A DNA stretch of 20,000 nucleotides from an uncultured virus (IMG/VR IMGVR_UViG_2643221865_000004) (IMGVR_UViG_2643221865_000004); one strand, 5' to 3'; shown: positions 7,940-16,622, numbered from the stretch's first letter. Notes: generated by a model from the sequence alone, not told the origin. A program made the numbers and translations.

Positions 7940-8668
7940 TCAGTTCTGGGCGGCGACCTGAGCTGCGATCACCCCTGGCGGGCCCGCTGACAGTGGCCTC
8001 CATGACTCCAGGACGCCGACGGCGGCGATCCGTTCACGTGATGAGTACAGCGGATTGCAGGTTGTGAGGGTGATCAGACGTTCGGTCGGCTCTGCTCCCT
8101 CGGCTCCGGGGACCGGCCAGATGACGTCGATCTTGTCAGGGCTGATGATCCGCTCCGACCGGAACCGGTAGGTGTACCACCCGTCCGCGGTCTGCACGAT
8201 GATCGGATCCCCCGGAACCAACTGGTCGATGAGGTGCATCGCACCTCCGTACGCGGACCGGTGCCCGGCGATCGCGAAGTTACCCGTATCACCCGGCATC
8301 TGCGTTCCGGGGTAATGCCCTATTCCCAGGTCGAAACTGTTCAGCACCTCGGCGCCGAACCCTTCCGCGATCGTCCTCCGATAGTCGGGTCCGTAACGCG
8401 GGACGTACAGGACAGCGAATGCTGTTCCTGCCTGCGGTGCCTCTCCTACGGTGGGGTCTCCGAACTCGGCGCTGTGTGGGGTGACATCCTCACTCGCGGC
8501 GGCGATCCACGCTTCTGACTGCGCTGCAGCAGCATCCGACTGGTGGGTTGCGTAGGTGACGTCCTGCCAGCCCAGCTTCCAGCCGACGAACATCAGCAGA
8601 AGCACTGCGCCGGAGATCAGCACCTCGCCGATGGCGGTGCAGACCAGCGTGAATGTCGAAGGCTTCAT
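7940..8668 (-). CDS. Class E sortase
   Basis: N-terminal TM; GHYPGTQMPGDTGNFAIAGHRSAYG, ITLTTCNPLYSSRERI. Confidence 0.93.
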   Translation of the reverse strand: MKPSTFTLVCTAIGEVLISGAVLLLMFVGWKLGWQDVTYATHQSDAAAAQSEAWIAAASEDVTPHSAEFGDPTVGEAPQAGTAFAVLYVPRYGPDYRRTIAEGFGAEVLNSFDLGIGHYPGTQMPGDTGNFAIAGHRSAYGGAMHLIDQLVPGDPIIVQTADGWYTYRFRSERIISPDKIDVIWPVPGAEGAEPTERLITLTTCNPLYSSRERIAAVGVLESWRPLSAGPPGVIAAQVAAQN

Positions 8669-8676
8669 GTTCACCA

Positions 8677-8685
8677 CATGTGCGG
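8677..8685 (-). promoter_or_regulatory. Class B upstream motif CCGCACATG
   Basis: Exactly 8 nt before ATG 8668. Confidence 0.65.
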
Positions 8686-8717
8686 ATCAGAACGGATCCG
8701 CCTCCCGAAGTTGTGCC

Positions 8718-8727
8718 GCCACATGCC
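8718..8727 (+). promoter_or_regulatory. Class A upstream motif GCCACATGCC
   Basis: Intergenic, divergent from the class B copy at 8677, upstream of GTG 8791. Confidence 0.6.
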
Positions 8728-8790
8728 TGAATGGTGGGAGCGGATGACGCGCCCGACCCTTTTCGCCGTCCTTCCCTCATCGGAGCCTTC

Positions 8791-9270
8791 GTGACCGACT
8801 ACCAGTACCCCAGCGTCTTCTTCCCCGCCCGGCCGCAGTTCGCAGTCACCGTCCCGGACGACTGGTCCCCGCACCTGACCGACGGGGTCGAGTTCGCTGT
8901 TGTCCGCGACGCCGAGGAAGGGGATGGCGGTTTCCGGCCGAACGTCTCCGTCACCATCACCCGTGTCATCGGCGAAGCGGACCTGACCGTGTTCGCCACC
9001 GAGATCGGCACATCCCTGTCTGAAGTACCGTCCGTGCAGATCCTTGGCGCCGAACTCCGCGAAGTCCTCGACAACCCCGGGATCCGCATCGAAATGACGT
9101 TCCCGCACCCGAGCCTCGGCGAGCCGATCTTCCAGGCGATCAACGGCACCGTCATCCAGCACGACCTCGTCGCAGACCTGATCACCATCTCCGGGTGCTG
9201 CACCGTGGAGCAATCTAAGGAGCTCCTCGCAACCATCCGCGAGATCGTCGAGTCAGCCCGGCTCGAGTAG
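8791..9270 (+). CDS. Hypothetical protein, LpqN/DcrB/PsbP-like fold suspected
   Basis: GGAG RBS then GTG; FAVTVPDDW...FRPNVSVTI...IREIVESARLE pattern; no signal peptide. Confidence 0.6.
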   Translation: MTDYQYPSVFFPARPQFAVTVPDDWSPHLTDGVEFAVVRDAEEGDGGFRPNVSVTITRVIGEADLTVFATEIGTSLSEVPSVQILGAELREVLDNPGIRIEMTFPHPSLGEPIFQAINGTVIQHDLVADLITISGCCTVEQSKELLATIREIVESARLE

Positions 9271-9311
9271 GAGCACCCGCAGCCCGGCCGGGGGCACGGC
9301 ACGCACCGTTT

Positions 9312-9321
9312 GCCACATGGC
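9312..9321 (+). promoter_or_regulatory. Class A upstream motif GCCACATGGC
   Basis: Intergenic, core 60 nt before ATG 9380. Confidence 0.6.
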
Positions 9322-9379
9322 TCACAGCTGACAACCAGCCGGCACGCAGTCGTGTCCGGCCGAAGCTGGAAGGCCACCG

Positions 9380-10837
9380 ATGTTCCGCAAGCTCTACCGA
9401 CCGCTACCCACCTTGGCAAGCCTGCGTGCTGCGATCGATCTCGCCTCGATCATGGTGGGTGTCATCGTCATCGCCATCATCGGTGCGATCATCGCCGCCA
9501 GCGTCTTCACCGTGATCCCCTGGTCCCAGGACGAGAAAGCGAAGGTGGATCTGACTGCGGTCAAGGACATCCAAGCCATCGCCAAGCTCCCGGCTCCCGG
9601 CGGTGTCGGAAGGTACCTGGAGACCGCCGACCTGACCAGCGGAGCCCTGGCCGGGTTCGAAGGTAAGAAGGTCGACGACCCCGGCACTCTGCTGGTCACC
9701 ACCGACCAGGACGGCACCTGCTACGTCGCCACCTCTCGGTCCCAGTCCGGCCAGGTCGTCTGGTACGTCACCGACAAGAACCCAGCACCCCAGAAGACCG
9801 CCATCGCCCCTGACTACTGCGGCATCGACGTCGTCCAGCAGGGCGAAGACACCCCCGGCCCCGGCAGCGGCCCCAGTGGCGGCGGACCAATCACACCAGT
9901 CGGAAACCCCGGCGACCCGGCCGTCGATGTGGACGGATACGTGCCCACAGGGCAGCCCAACCCGACCGTATTCGCTGACCGCAACGGTGGCGGCCTCGGA
10001 ACCAACCCGTCCGGCGCCGGACCGTCACGCTCCTACAACGTCACAGCTGTCATCGGCGGGCCTGGCCCGTCGAACCCTGCACTGCCGGTGATCACCGAAG
10101 CGCCAAGCGACACCACGATCTCCGATGTTCACGCATGGATTGGCACGAAGGAAGTCTCCGTCACCCAGTCAGGTTGGTTCCTGATGAGCGGCAACGCGAG
10201 CGCTGTGGTCATCGGGAACAACAACTTCAAGGTCGGTTCCGGATGGAACTCCACCGTCAGGTCATGGTGGGAGGACGGCTACCTGTCCTTCAAGGTGGGC
10301 GGCGGACAGCCGAACATCATGCGCATGAACGGGGCAACGTCACCCATGCTCGACTCCCTGTCGAACGACTACGGTGAGGACTTCGTCTGGCCGGCCGTCG
10401 CTGAGGCCACAGCGGCAAGGTCGGGCGTGAGCGACTGGAGCTACGGAGCCGGCTTCGAAAGCTTGTTCAGCACTGTCCGGCCGTTCACCCCCGCCGACAT
10501 CAAGTCGTTGCCGTTCCTGAAGAACATCCACGCGACCGGCGGCGCAACCATCAACCTGACCAACGGTGTCATCCACCTGGCCGACGGACGGAACCTGTCG
10601 TTGGCGAAGGACCTTGCCTACTTCGACTCGTCGGAGCCGTGGCTGACGATGAGGACCTTCTCCGACGGAGACGGACAGTTCACGTCCGTCACCACCGTCG
10701 TCAACGAGGCCAAAGCACTGAAGGGCATCACCCGCGCGGAGCTGCTCGGCGCCACGATCACATTCGAGTCGAACGGCACCAACACCATCAAGCTGGTCGA
10801 CAAGCACTGGTACGACACCAAGTTCAACCGGAACTGA
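9380..10837 (+). CDS. Large type IV pilin-like surface protein with non-canonical N-terminus
   Basis: Basic leader then AIDLASIMVGVIVIAIIGAIIAASVFTVIPWSQDEKAKVDL (pilin-like alpha1 helix ending in IP), Cys pair (GTCYV..PDYCG), Pro/Gly linker, beta-rich C-terminal region; GAAGG RBS. Confidence 0.65.
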   Translation: MFRKLYRPLPTLASLRAAIDLASIMVGVIVIAIIGAIIAASVFTVIPWSQDEKAKVDLTAVKDIQAIAKLPAPGGVGRYLETADLTSGALAGFEGKKVDDPGTLLVTTDQDGTCYVATSRSQSGQVVWYVTDKNPAPQKTAIAPDYCGIDVVQQGEDTPGPGSGPSGGGPITPVGNPGDPAVDVDGYVPTGQPNPTVFADRNGGGLGTNPSGAGPSRSYNVTAVIGGPGPSNPALPVITEAPSDTTISDVHAWIGTKEVSVTQSGWFLMSGNASAVVIGNNNFKVGSGWNSTVRSWWEDGYLSFKVGGGQPNIMRMNGATSPMLDSLSNDYGEDFVWPAVAEATAARSGVSDWSYGAGFESLFSTVRPFTPADIKSLPFLKNIHATGGATINLTNGVIHLADGRNLSLAKDLAYFDSSEPWLTMRTFSDGDGQFTSVTTVVNEAKALKGITRAELLGATITFESNGTNTIKLVDKHWYDTKFNRN

Positions 10838-10846
10838 CACTGTGAA

Positions 10847-10884
10847 AAACGAAAGGCTCACCTGCGAAGGTGAGCCTTTCGTTT
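10847..10884. terminator. Bidirectional intrinsic terminator
   Basis: AAACGAAAGGCTCACCT-GCGA-AGGTGAGCCTTTCGTTT, 17-bp perfect stem with A/T ends, between convergent genes. Confidence 0.9.
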
Positions 10885-11392
10885 ACGCCAATCCGAGGCT
10901 GACCATGTCAGCTCCGGTGCTGGCGATCGCGAGCAACAACGTGTCACGGCTGGTGACGATCCGCGGCTCGTATCGGAGCGGCATTCTGGCCTCTTCCGGT
11001 GTTCTTGCCGCCTTGATGTTGTTGCATCGAAGGCAACTCGAGATCGTGTTCGTCCAGGTGTTCGGGTTCCCCTTCACCCTGGATCTCGGCATGATGTGGT
11101 CGATTGTCATCGCCCCGGTGCGGCCGCAGTAGGCGCACCCGAGCCCGCGGTCACGTTCGATCACGCCGGAACGGGTCCACGGCTGAACCATGTACTTGTA
11201 GGGAACACGGACCATCTCTCTGAACTGCACCACGCGGGGCACCGGGAACTCCGCCGACGCGGACTTGAAAGTCTGGCCGGGGACAGCTTCGACGATGGAT
11301 GCGCGCTCGCGCACGAGGTACGCCATGGCTCGGCGGAGAGGAACGACACCCAGCGGTTCGAAGCTGGCGTTCAAGACGACTACGGCGGACAC
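10883..11392 (-). CDS. HNH endonuclease (McrA-like actinobacterial family)
   Basis: VVVLNASFEPL..RRA; CAYCG, TIDHIMPRS, TWTNTISSCLRCNNIK; AAAGGAG RBS before GTG 11392. Confidence 0.9.
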   Translation of the reverse strand: MSAVVVLNASFEPLGVVPLRRAMAYLVRERASIVEAVPGQTFKSASAEFPVPRVVQFREMVRVPYKYMVQPWTRSGVIERDRGLGCAYCGRTGAMTIDHIMPRSRVKGNPNTWTNTISSCLRCNNIKAARTPEEARMPLRYEPRIVTSRDTLLLAIASTGADMVSLGLA

Positions 11393-11439
11393 GATGGGGG
11401 CTCCTTTCATCCCAGAGGCGTGCGTGTGTTCAGTTGTGA

Positions 11440-11449
11440 GGCATGTGGT
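11440..11449 (-). promoter_or_regulatory. Class A motif variant ACCACATGCC
   Basis: Intergenic, upstream of HNH; flank CCACATGCCTCACAACTG resembles CCACATGGCTCACAGCTG at 9313. Confidence 0.5.
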
Positions 11450-11472
11450 GAACGCACAGTGGATGAAGGAAT

Positions 11473-11546
11473 TGGAGGCGCCTACGGGACTCGAACCCGT
11501 GTGCCCGCTTTTGCAGAGCGGTACCTAGCCTCTCGGTCAAGGCGCC
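11473..11546 (-). tRNA. tRNA-Cys(GCA)
   Basis: GGCGCCT acceptor, anticodon arm CCGCT-CTGCAAA-AGCGG, T arm ACGGGTTCGAGTCCCGT, encoded CCA. Confidence 0.95.
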
Positions 11547-11564
11547 ATGGTGGCCGGCCCAGGT

Positions 11565-12062
11565 TTACGGGCGGCCGATCGCCTCAGCGGCGACCTGGTC
11601 GGCTTCCGACCCAGTCGGCTTCAGGGCTCTCCGGGCGACGGATGCCAGTCCGGTGTAGACGGCTCCGGCGGCAGCTGCGGCCAGTGCGACGCTGCCGGCC
11701 CCGACATCAGCTCCGGCTCCGGCGGCGAGGATGCCGACGGTGAAGCCGGCGCCCATGACACCGGCGGCGTGGGAGGTGATGGCGACGGAGTGGCGTTGCG
11801 CCCAGGTGCTGTTCTTGTGCGCTGCCTGGTGGATCCGGTAGTACCGTTCCACCTCGGTGTCGCGTTCCCAGCCGGTGAGGTCTGGACGGTCGGTGTCGAC
11901 GGCAGTTTCAGCCCACGCCCATGACTTCTGCTCGTCACGGCTCGTGGGTGCCTGCAGCTCGTATCCGTGCCGGGCGCGGCGGGCGGCGTACCGTCCGCTG
12001 TTCTCGGTGGATCCGCGCAGGATCCCGTCCTGGTCTTCCCACACTCCGGCGTGATCTGTCAT
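11565..12062 (-). CDS. Hypothetical membrane protein
   Basis: MTDHAGVWEDQDG...; two Gly/Ala-rich hydrophobic segments near the C-terminus. Confidence 0.65.
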   Translation of the reverse strand: MTDHAGVWEDQDGILRGSTENSGRYAARRARHGYELQAPTSRDEQKSWAWAETAVDTDRPDLTGWERDTEVERYYRIHQAAHKNSTWAQRHSVAITSHAAGVMGAGFTVGILAAGAGADVGAGSVALAAAAAGAVYTGLASVARRALKPTGSEADQVAAEAIGRP

Positions 12063-12084
12063 GGAGCGTAAGTGTGTGGGCTGT

Positions 12085-12693
12085 TCAGGCGACCCTGCCG
12101 AGCCACTCCTCGATCGCCTTGATGGGGACGGGCGTGAAGTCGTGAGCGTCGACTCCGACGTGGAACTGGCGCGGGTGGGTGCCGTCGGTCGCCTGCGTGG
12201 CGTGGGTGTGTCCGTGGACCAGCGGGAGGCCGGTGTCGACCGGCCGGAGCTCCGCGTACCGTTCGATGTCCTTCCGGGAGTCGCCGACGTACGGGTAGTG
12301 GGAGAGCAGCACCCGACGGCCGCCGATCTCCGCCTCCATGACCTCGTCGAGGATCGTCCAGCCGTACTTCTCGTAGAGACCGCGTTTCTTCTCGATCTCA
12401 CGACCTTCGTCGAAGGCGTGGGAGACACGGTCGTGGTTGCCGGGCAGGATGTACTTGTCTCCGTGGAGGGCACCGGTCAGAGCCAGTGACTCCTCCAGTG
12501 GTCCCATGGCGAGGTCGCCGAGGTGGATCACCCTCTGGTGGGGGGCGACGGCTCGGTTCCAGCGGGCGACGAGCTCACCGTTCATCTGGCCGGTGGACGT
12601 GAAGGGCCGACTGGCGAACTCGATGATGCGGGCGTGGCCCCAGTGGTGGTCGCTGGTGACGTGGTGGAACTCGAAATCGATCAGGCTGACCAT
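12085..12693 (-). CDS. Calcineurin-like metallophosphoesterase (phage-type)
   Basis: TSDHHWGH, IHLGD, PGNHD, SHYP, VHGHTH, HVGVD. Confidence 0.92.
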   Translation of the reverse strand: MVSLIDFEFHHVTSDHHWGHARIIEFASRPFTSTGQMNGELVARWNRAVAPHQRVIHLGDLAMGPLEESLALTGALHGDKYILPGNHDRVSHAFDEGREIEKKRGLYEKYGWTILDEVMEAEIGGRRVLLSHYPYVGDSRKDIERYAELRPVDTGLPLVHGHTHATQATDGTHPRQFHVGVDAHDFTPVPIKAIEEWLGRVA

Positions 12694-13052
12694 GCGAAGG
12701 CCTTTCCCGCCTCCTGGACGGAAGGCGTTGCGTAGCGGTTGTTGGCTCGTTCGATGAGCTGGGTTTCGAAGTCGCGAAGGTAGCTGTGAACAGCCACCTC
12801 TTCCCGGGCAGGGAAGCCGCGACCCATGAACTTGACGGCGAGGGCTTCGCTGACGAGTCGGCGGACGAGGTCGCTGCTGAAGCCGCGTACTCGACCGTTG
12901 TGTGCGATAGATGGGTGCATGTCGCAGATGGACTTCAGGTCCACGTCCGGGATCTCGATCCCCCAGTCGGCGCGGAGGTCTCTGTTGATCTCGCTGACTT
13001 CGGTGATTTCCAGTTCGGTGCTGCTGCGACGTTGGTTGTTGCTGTAGTACAT
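12681..13052 (-). CDS. Hypothetical protein
   Basis: GAGGAG RBS before MYYSNNQRR (alternative start 13076); overlaps the phosphoesterase start. Confidence 0.65.
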   Translation of the reverse strand: MYYSNNQRRSSTELEITEVSEINRDLRADWGIEIPDVDLKSICDMHPSIAHNGRVRGFSSDLVRRLVSEALAVKFMGRGFPAREEVAVHSYLRDFETQLIERANNRYATPSVQEAGKAFAWSA

Positions 13053-13082
13053 GGGTGGGGTGGGCTCCTCTTTCATCACCCA

Positions 13083-13091
13083 CATGTGCGG
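13083..13091 (-). promoter_or_regulatory. Class B upstream motif CCGCACATG
   Basis: Intergenic, upstream of the hypothetical/phosphoesterase unit. Confidence 0.6.
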
Positions 13092-13146
13092 CACCGGCAG
13101 GAAAAGCGTAGGAAGGCTCAGGGTTTCAAGCTGAGCTTGAAGGTTT

Positions 13147-13767
13147 CTACCCGCCGAACGAGGAGTGTCCGATCGAGCTGGACTTCGCGCCGGACCCGAA
13201 CCCGCCGGACTTGCCGGCCTTGGAGGTTCCGCCGAAGCCGCCCTTCAGCGAGGTCTTCGATCCGACCTTCGACCCGGCCGGAGCGGCGGGGGCGACGTCG
13301 GGCTGGACCGCGGCGCCGGGTGCGGCGAACCCGCCAGCCTGGACCGGAGCCCATGACTGGACGCGGGGCGAGTCCCAACGGGATCCGCCGAACAGGAGCG
13401 GGCCGAGCCAGATGAAGCTGCCGCCGGCGTGGTGGTACGTGTTCCCGTACTTCTCGCTGGACTCGCACAGCTTCTCCGGGCTGTCGGAAACGGTCTCGCC
13501 GTCAGCTTTCAGCTTCGCGATCTGCTCAGTGACATCCGCGATGCAGTCTTCCTTCGACTTGTACGTGGGGCGTTCCGTGCCGTCTGCGACGACGTAGTTC
13601 TTCCCGTCGGCGCCGGGCATGACGATGCCTTCCTCGGGGACGGAGGAGCAGCCGGCGAGGGCCAGCATGGCGCCGGCGACACCGATGGCGGTGACGGTCT
13701 TGGCGATGGTCTTGTTGCGGTCGGCGGCGATGCCGGAGATGGTGAGGGTGCCGCGGCGGGTGGTCAC
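13147..13767 (-). CDS. YgiB/DUF1190-like lipoprotein
   Basis: LAGC lipobox; PTYKSKEDC, GGSFIWLGPLL, Gly/Ser tail KGGFGG...SSFGG as in YgiB; adjacent to a YgiC-like gene. Confidence 0.75.
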   Translation of the reverse strand: MTTRRGTLTISGIAADRNKTIAKTVTAIGVAGAMLALAGCSSVPEEGIVMPGADGKNYVVADGTERPTYKSKEDCIADVTEQIAKLKADGETVSDSPEKLCESSEKYGNTYHHAGGSFIWLGPLLFGGSRWDSPRVQSWAPVQAGGFAAPGAAVQPDVAPAAPAGSKVGSKTSLKGGFGGTSKAGKSGGFGSGAKSSSIGHSSFGG

Positions 13768-13780
13768 AGTTCCTGTGCTC

Positions 13781-14971
13781 CTAGTTCTCGATGAAGTGGG
13801 GGACGAACTCGGCGAGGTCTCCGGTGATCGGGCCGCTGGTTTCGCGGATGTCGATCCCGGCGGGGGTTTCCCCGACGACCCAGGAGCCGATGATCACGGT
13901 CTTGCCGTTGAGGCGGGCCAGGTTCGCACGCTTCTGGAAGATGAACCCTTCCTCGCCGTACGCGCCGGGCTGTGCCACGTCGACGGAGCCGTCACCCTTG
14001 TACACGGTGACGTTCGCGCCTTCACGGCCGAGCCTCGGCTTTGAGACATGTGGCGTACCGCGGAGCTTCTCCGGGCTCTCGTACGTCGCGAGCAGGTTCG
14101 GGTGGTTCGGGAACATCTCCCACAGCACCACGAGGAGCTGCTTGTTGCTGAGCAGCATCTTCCACAGCGGCTCCACCCACTGGGTGTTGTCCTTGGACGG
14201 TTCCAGGAACCCGGCGAACTGCTCCTCACGCATCCACTCCCACGGGTACAGCTTGAAGATGTGGGTGATGTCCTGACCGTCGGAGTCGACGAACTGGTTC
14301 CGGTCGGCGTCGTACTCGACGTCCTCCATGAAGATCAGCTTCGGGGTGAACCCGGCTTCCTTCGCGGTCTCAGCCATGTACGCCACGGTGTCGGCGTCCT
14401 CGATGATCAGGTCACCGTCGCCGTCGTCGTGCAGCGATGCGAGGTGGAGGACGGTGCCTTCCGGCAGGTTCCAGCGTTCCTCGCGGATGTGCTTCCACTG
14501 CTCGACGAGGAGCTCGTGGATGGCGTTGAACTGGTCGGCGTTCTCGCCGCGGACCTGGACGAGCCACTGCCACTGTGCAGCGGCGGACTCGACGAGGCTG
14601 GTGGGGGTGTCGGCGTTGAACTCCAACATCTTGATCGTGGAGCCGTTGTCGTAGGCGAGGTCGAACCGGCCGTACACGGTCGGGTCGTCGTTGTCCCAGG
14701 AGTCCTTCACCAGCTGGCGGAGGCGTTCCGGGATTCCGAACTCGGCGAGGCGGTCCTCGCGGACGACATGCTCGACGGCGTCCATGCACCGGTCGAACAG
14801 CTCCTTCGTCGCAGCTGCCAGCTCATCCACCTCGCGGGAGGTGAAACCGTACGCGTTCACTTCGTTCCAGTACGGACGTCCGCCTTCGGACTCCAGGTCG
14901 TAGAACGAGAAGCCGATCTGGTCGAACTGCTCCCGCCAGTCGGGACGGGCGGGGGAATCGATGCGACGCAC
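13781..14971 (-). CDS. Glutathionylspermidine synthase-family ATP-grasp ligase (YgiC-like)
   Basis: YWNE, YGRFDLAY, KMLEFNADTPTSLVES, FKLYPWEW, EPLWKMLLSNK, KPRLGREGANV, IGSWVVG, FVPH. Confidence 0.95.
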   Translation of the reverse strand: MRRIDSPARPDWREQFDQIGFSFYDLESEGGRPYWNEVNAYGFTSREVDELAAATKELFDRCMDAVEHVVREDRLAEFGIPERLRQLVKDSWDNDDPTVYGRFDLAYDNGSTIKMLEFNADTPTSLVESAAAQWQWLVQVRGENADQFNAIHELLVEQWKHIREERWNLPEGTVLHLASLHDDGDGDLIIEDADTVAYMAETAKEAGFTPKLIFMEDVEYDADRNQFVDSDGQDITHIFKLYPWEWMREEQFAGFLEPSKDNTQWVEPLWKMLLSNKQLLVVLWEMFPNHPNLLATYESPEKLRGTPHVSKPRLGREGANVTVYKGDGSVDVAQPGAYGEEGFIFQKRANLARLNGKTVIIGSWVVGETPAGIDIRETSGPITGDLAEFVPHFIEN

Positions 14972-15053
14972 AGTGTTCCAATCGTGTCATGGCCACAGCC
15001 TGCGGAATGCAGCGCTGTTGTGGACTTGGCCGGGTTCGCACCGACCGTTTCCG

Positions 15054-15126
15054 CTCCCCCGCCTGGATTCGAACCAAGGCCTGAACAGCTCCAAAGGCTG
15101 CCGTGCTACCGCTACACCACGGGGGA
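15054..15126 (-). tRNA. tRNA-Gln(UUG)
   Basis: TCCCCCG/CGGGGGA acceptor, GCAGC-CTTTGGA-GCTGT anticodon arm, CTTGGTTCGAATCCAGG T arm; CCA not encoded. Confidence 0.93.
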
Positions 15127-15144
15127 TCACTTCTTCTGGACCTA

Positions 15145-15153
15145 CATGCGCGG
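15145..15153 (-). promoter_or_regulatory. Class B motif variant CCGCGCATG
   Basis: 18 nt before the tRNA-Gln 5' end; one mismatch to consensus. Confidence 0.5.
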
Positions 15154-15195
15154 ATCCCGGCCGATTGTTCGGGCAGCTGTCACCCGGACTGGGTT

Positions 15196-15225
15196 TTGTC
15201 GGCCGTCTTCGCCCGCCGGTAGTGT
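15196..15225 (+). promoter_or_regulatory. Possible SigA-type promoter TTGTCG-N18-TAGTGT
   Basis: -10 fits TANNNT; precedes the GAAAGGA RBS of the 15253 gene, which has no class A/B motif. Confidence 0.4.
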
Positions 15226-15252
15226 CGGGCGACCCGAAAGGACCCGAACCTC

Positions 15253-15978
15253 ATGGACAACGAATCCGTCAAGGACGACGCCCAGGCACCAGCAGCCCCT
15301 TCGGTGGCGCCGGCGCCCGCGACAGCCGCAGCGCCGAAGGCTCCACGGGCATCCAAGCCGCGTGTGCCAGGCGCGCCAGCCAAGCCGAAGTCGGCCGCGA
15401 AGCCGAGGAAGAAGCTGTCGAAGACCGCCATCGCGTTGATCGCCGTATCCGGCGTCGCCGTCCTCGGGTGGGCTTCGTTCGCTGTCGCCGTCAACGTCGC
15501 CGCGAACACGAACGATGAGCTCGTCCACGTTCAGGCTGACAACACGAAGATGTCCGGGGAGAAGGACGACCTGATCGGCGACCTGACCGAGATGACGGCG
15601 TCACGGGACCAGTACATGAACGCGTCCGACGCTGTCGCCAAACGGGAAGAGGCTGTGAAGGTCAAGGAGACGGCGCTGCAGACACGGGAGGACGCCGTGA
15701 AAGGCCGCGAGGATGCGGTCACCGGTGCGGAAGCCCGTGTGGCGCAGACCACATTGAAGGACGGGTACTCCTACATTGTCGGAGTGTCCATGGAGCCCGG
15801 CGTCTACGAGGCGACGTCAGCGAGCGGCACCTGCTACTGGGAGATCAACACCTCCGGCACCAACGGGTCCGACATCGTCGACAACGACCTCGGCGCGCAA
15901 GGGCTGATCCGTGTCACCGTCAGCGGCGGACAGGACTTCAACTCCTCCCGCTGCGGCGACTGGAAGAAGGTCGGCTAG
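15253..15978 (+). CDS. Membrane-anchored coiled-coil protein with C-terminal two-Cys beta domain
   Basis: Ala/Pro/Lys-rich N-terminus, one TM, REDAVK-type heptads, DGYSYIVG..PGVY..CYWE..DIVDND..SRCGDW. Confidence 0.85.
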   Translation: MDNESVKDDAQAPAAPSVAPAPATAAAPKAPRASKPRVPGAPAKPKSAAKPRKKLSKTAIALIAVSGVAVLGWASFAVAVNVAANTNDELVHVQADNTKMSGEKDDLIGDLTEMTASRDQYMNASDAVAKREEAVKVKETALQTREDAVKGREDAVTGAEARVAQTTLKDGYSYIVGVSMEPGVYEATSASGTCYWEINTSGTNGSDIVDNDLGAQGLIRVTVSGGQDFNSSRCGDWKKVG

Positions 15979-15983
15979 ACCAG

Positions 15984-16622
15984 CTACCAGAGGTTCGCTT
16001 CGGTGCGGCTGATGTCGAACCCGTGCCCGGATGAGGCCCGATCACAGGTCATGCCGTCCTCGCGGGACACGCACACCACTCCCCCGAACGTGATCGACTT
16101 ACCGTAGTCCAGAACGGCGACGGTGTCGTCATAGGTGCCGCGGAACGGTTCGTCAGTCCGGCAACCGAACTTCACCGGGTCGTCACCGACACCTTCGACG
16201 CTGCCGACCATGTGGCAATGCTCGCTCGGCCGTGGCCCCGGATCGAACGTGAACTCCTTCGCCTTACAGCCCCAGAAATCCCAGTCGGTGCCCGCCTCGA
16301 AGATGGTGCAGACGATGTTCCGTGACGGGCTGACGAAGTCAACGCCGTCGCCTCCAGTCTCCGACATGTCCATGAACAGGCCAGGGTTCACCGGGACGAC
16401 AACCTCGGCGGCCGGCGGGTCGGTCACCAGCTGTTCCGGGGTCTCGGTGGCGACTGGTGGCAGCGTCTCGGTCGGCGCCGGGACGCTGGTCGAGGTTGGT
16501 TCGGTGGCCGCCGGCAGGTCGACCCCAGTGGAGGGGGTCGGAGCGGAAGAGGCGCCGGCGCATCCGGTCAGGATGACGGCAAGCGCCCCGACCGTGGCCA
16601 AGGAGATGAGGGTGCGGCGCAA
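15984..16622 (-). CDS. Lipoprotein with Pro/Thr linker and Cys-rich domain (DUF6636-like)
   Basis: GAAGGA RBS, TTG start, LTGC lipobox; FVSPSRNIVC...LDYGKSITFGGVVCVSREDGMTC..GHGFDISR. Family name is from recall. Confidence 0.8.
   Translation of the reverse strand: MRRTLISLATVGALAVILTGCAGASSAPTPSTGVDLPAATEPTSTSVPAPTETLPPVATETPEQLVTDPPAAEVVVPVNPGLFMDMSETGGDGVDFVSPSRNIVCTIFEAGTDWDFWGCKAKEFTFDPGPRPSEHCHMVGSVEGVGDDPVKFGCRTDEPFRGTYDDTVAVLDYGKSITFGGVVCVSREDGMTCDRASSGHGFDISRTEANLW

Noticed and set aside
14048..15439. 463-aa plus-strand ORF
   Set aside because: Antisense to the GSP-family ligase and tRNA-Gln, with no recognisable motifs.
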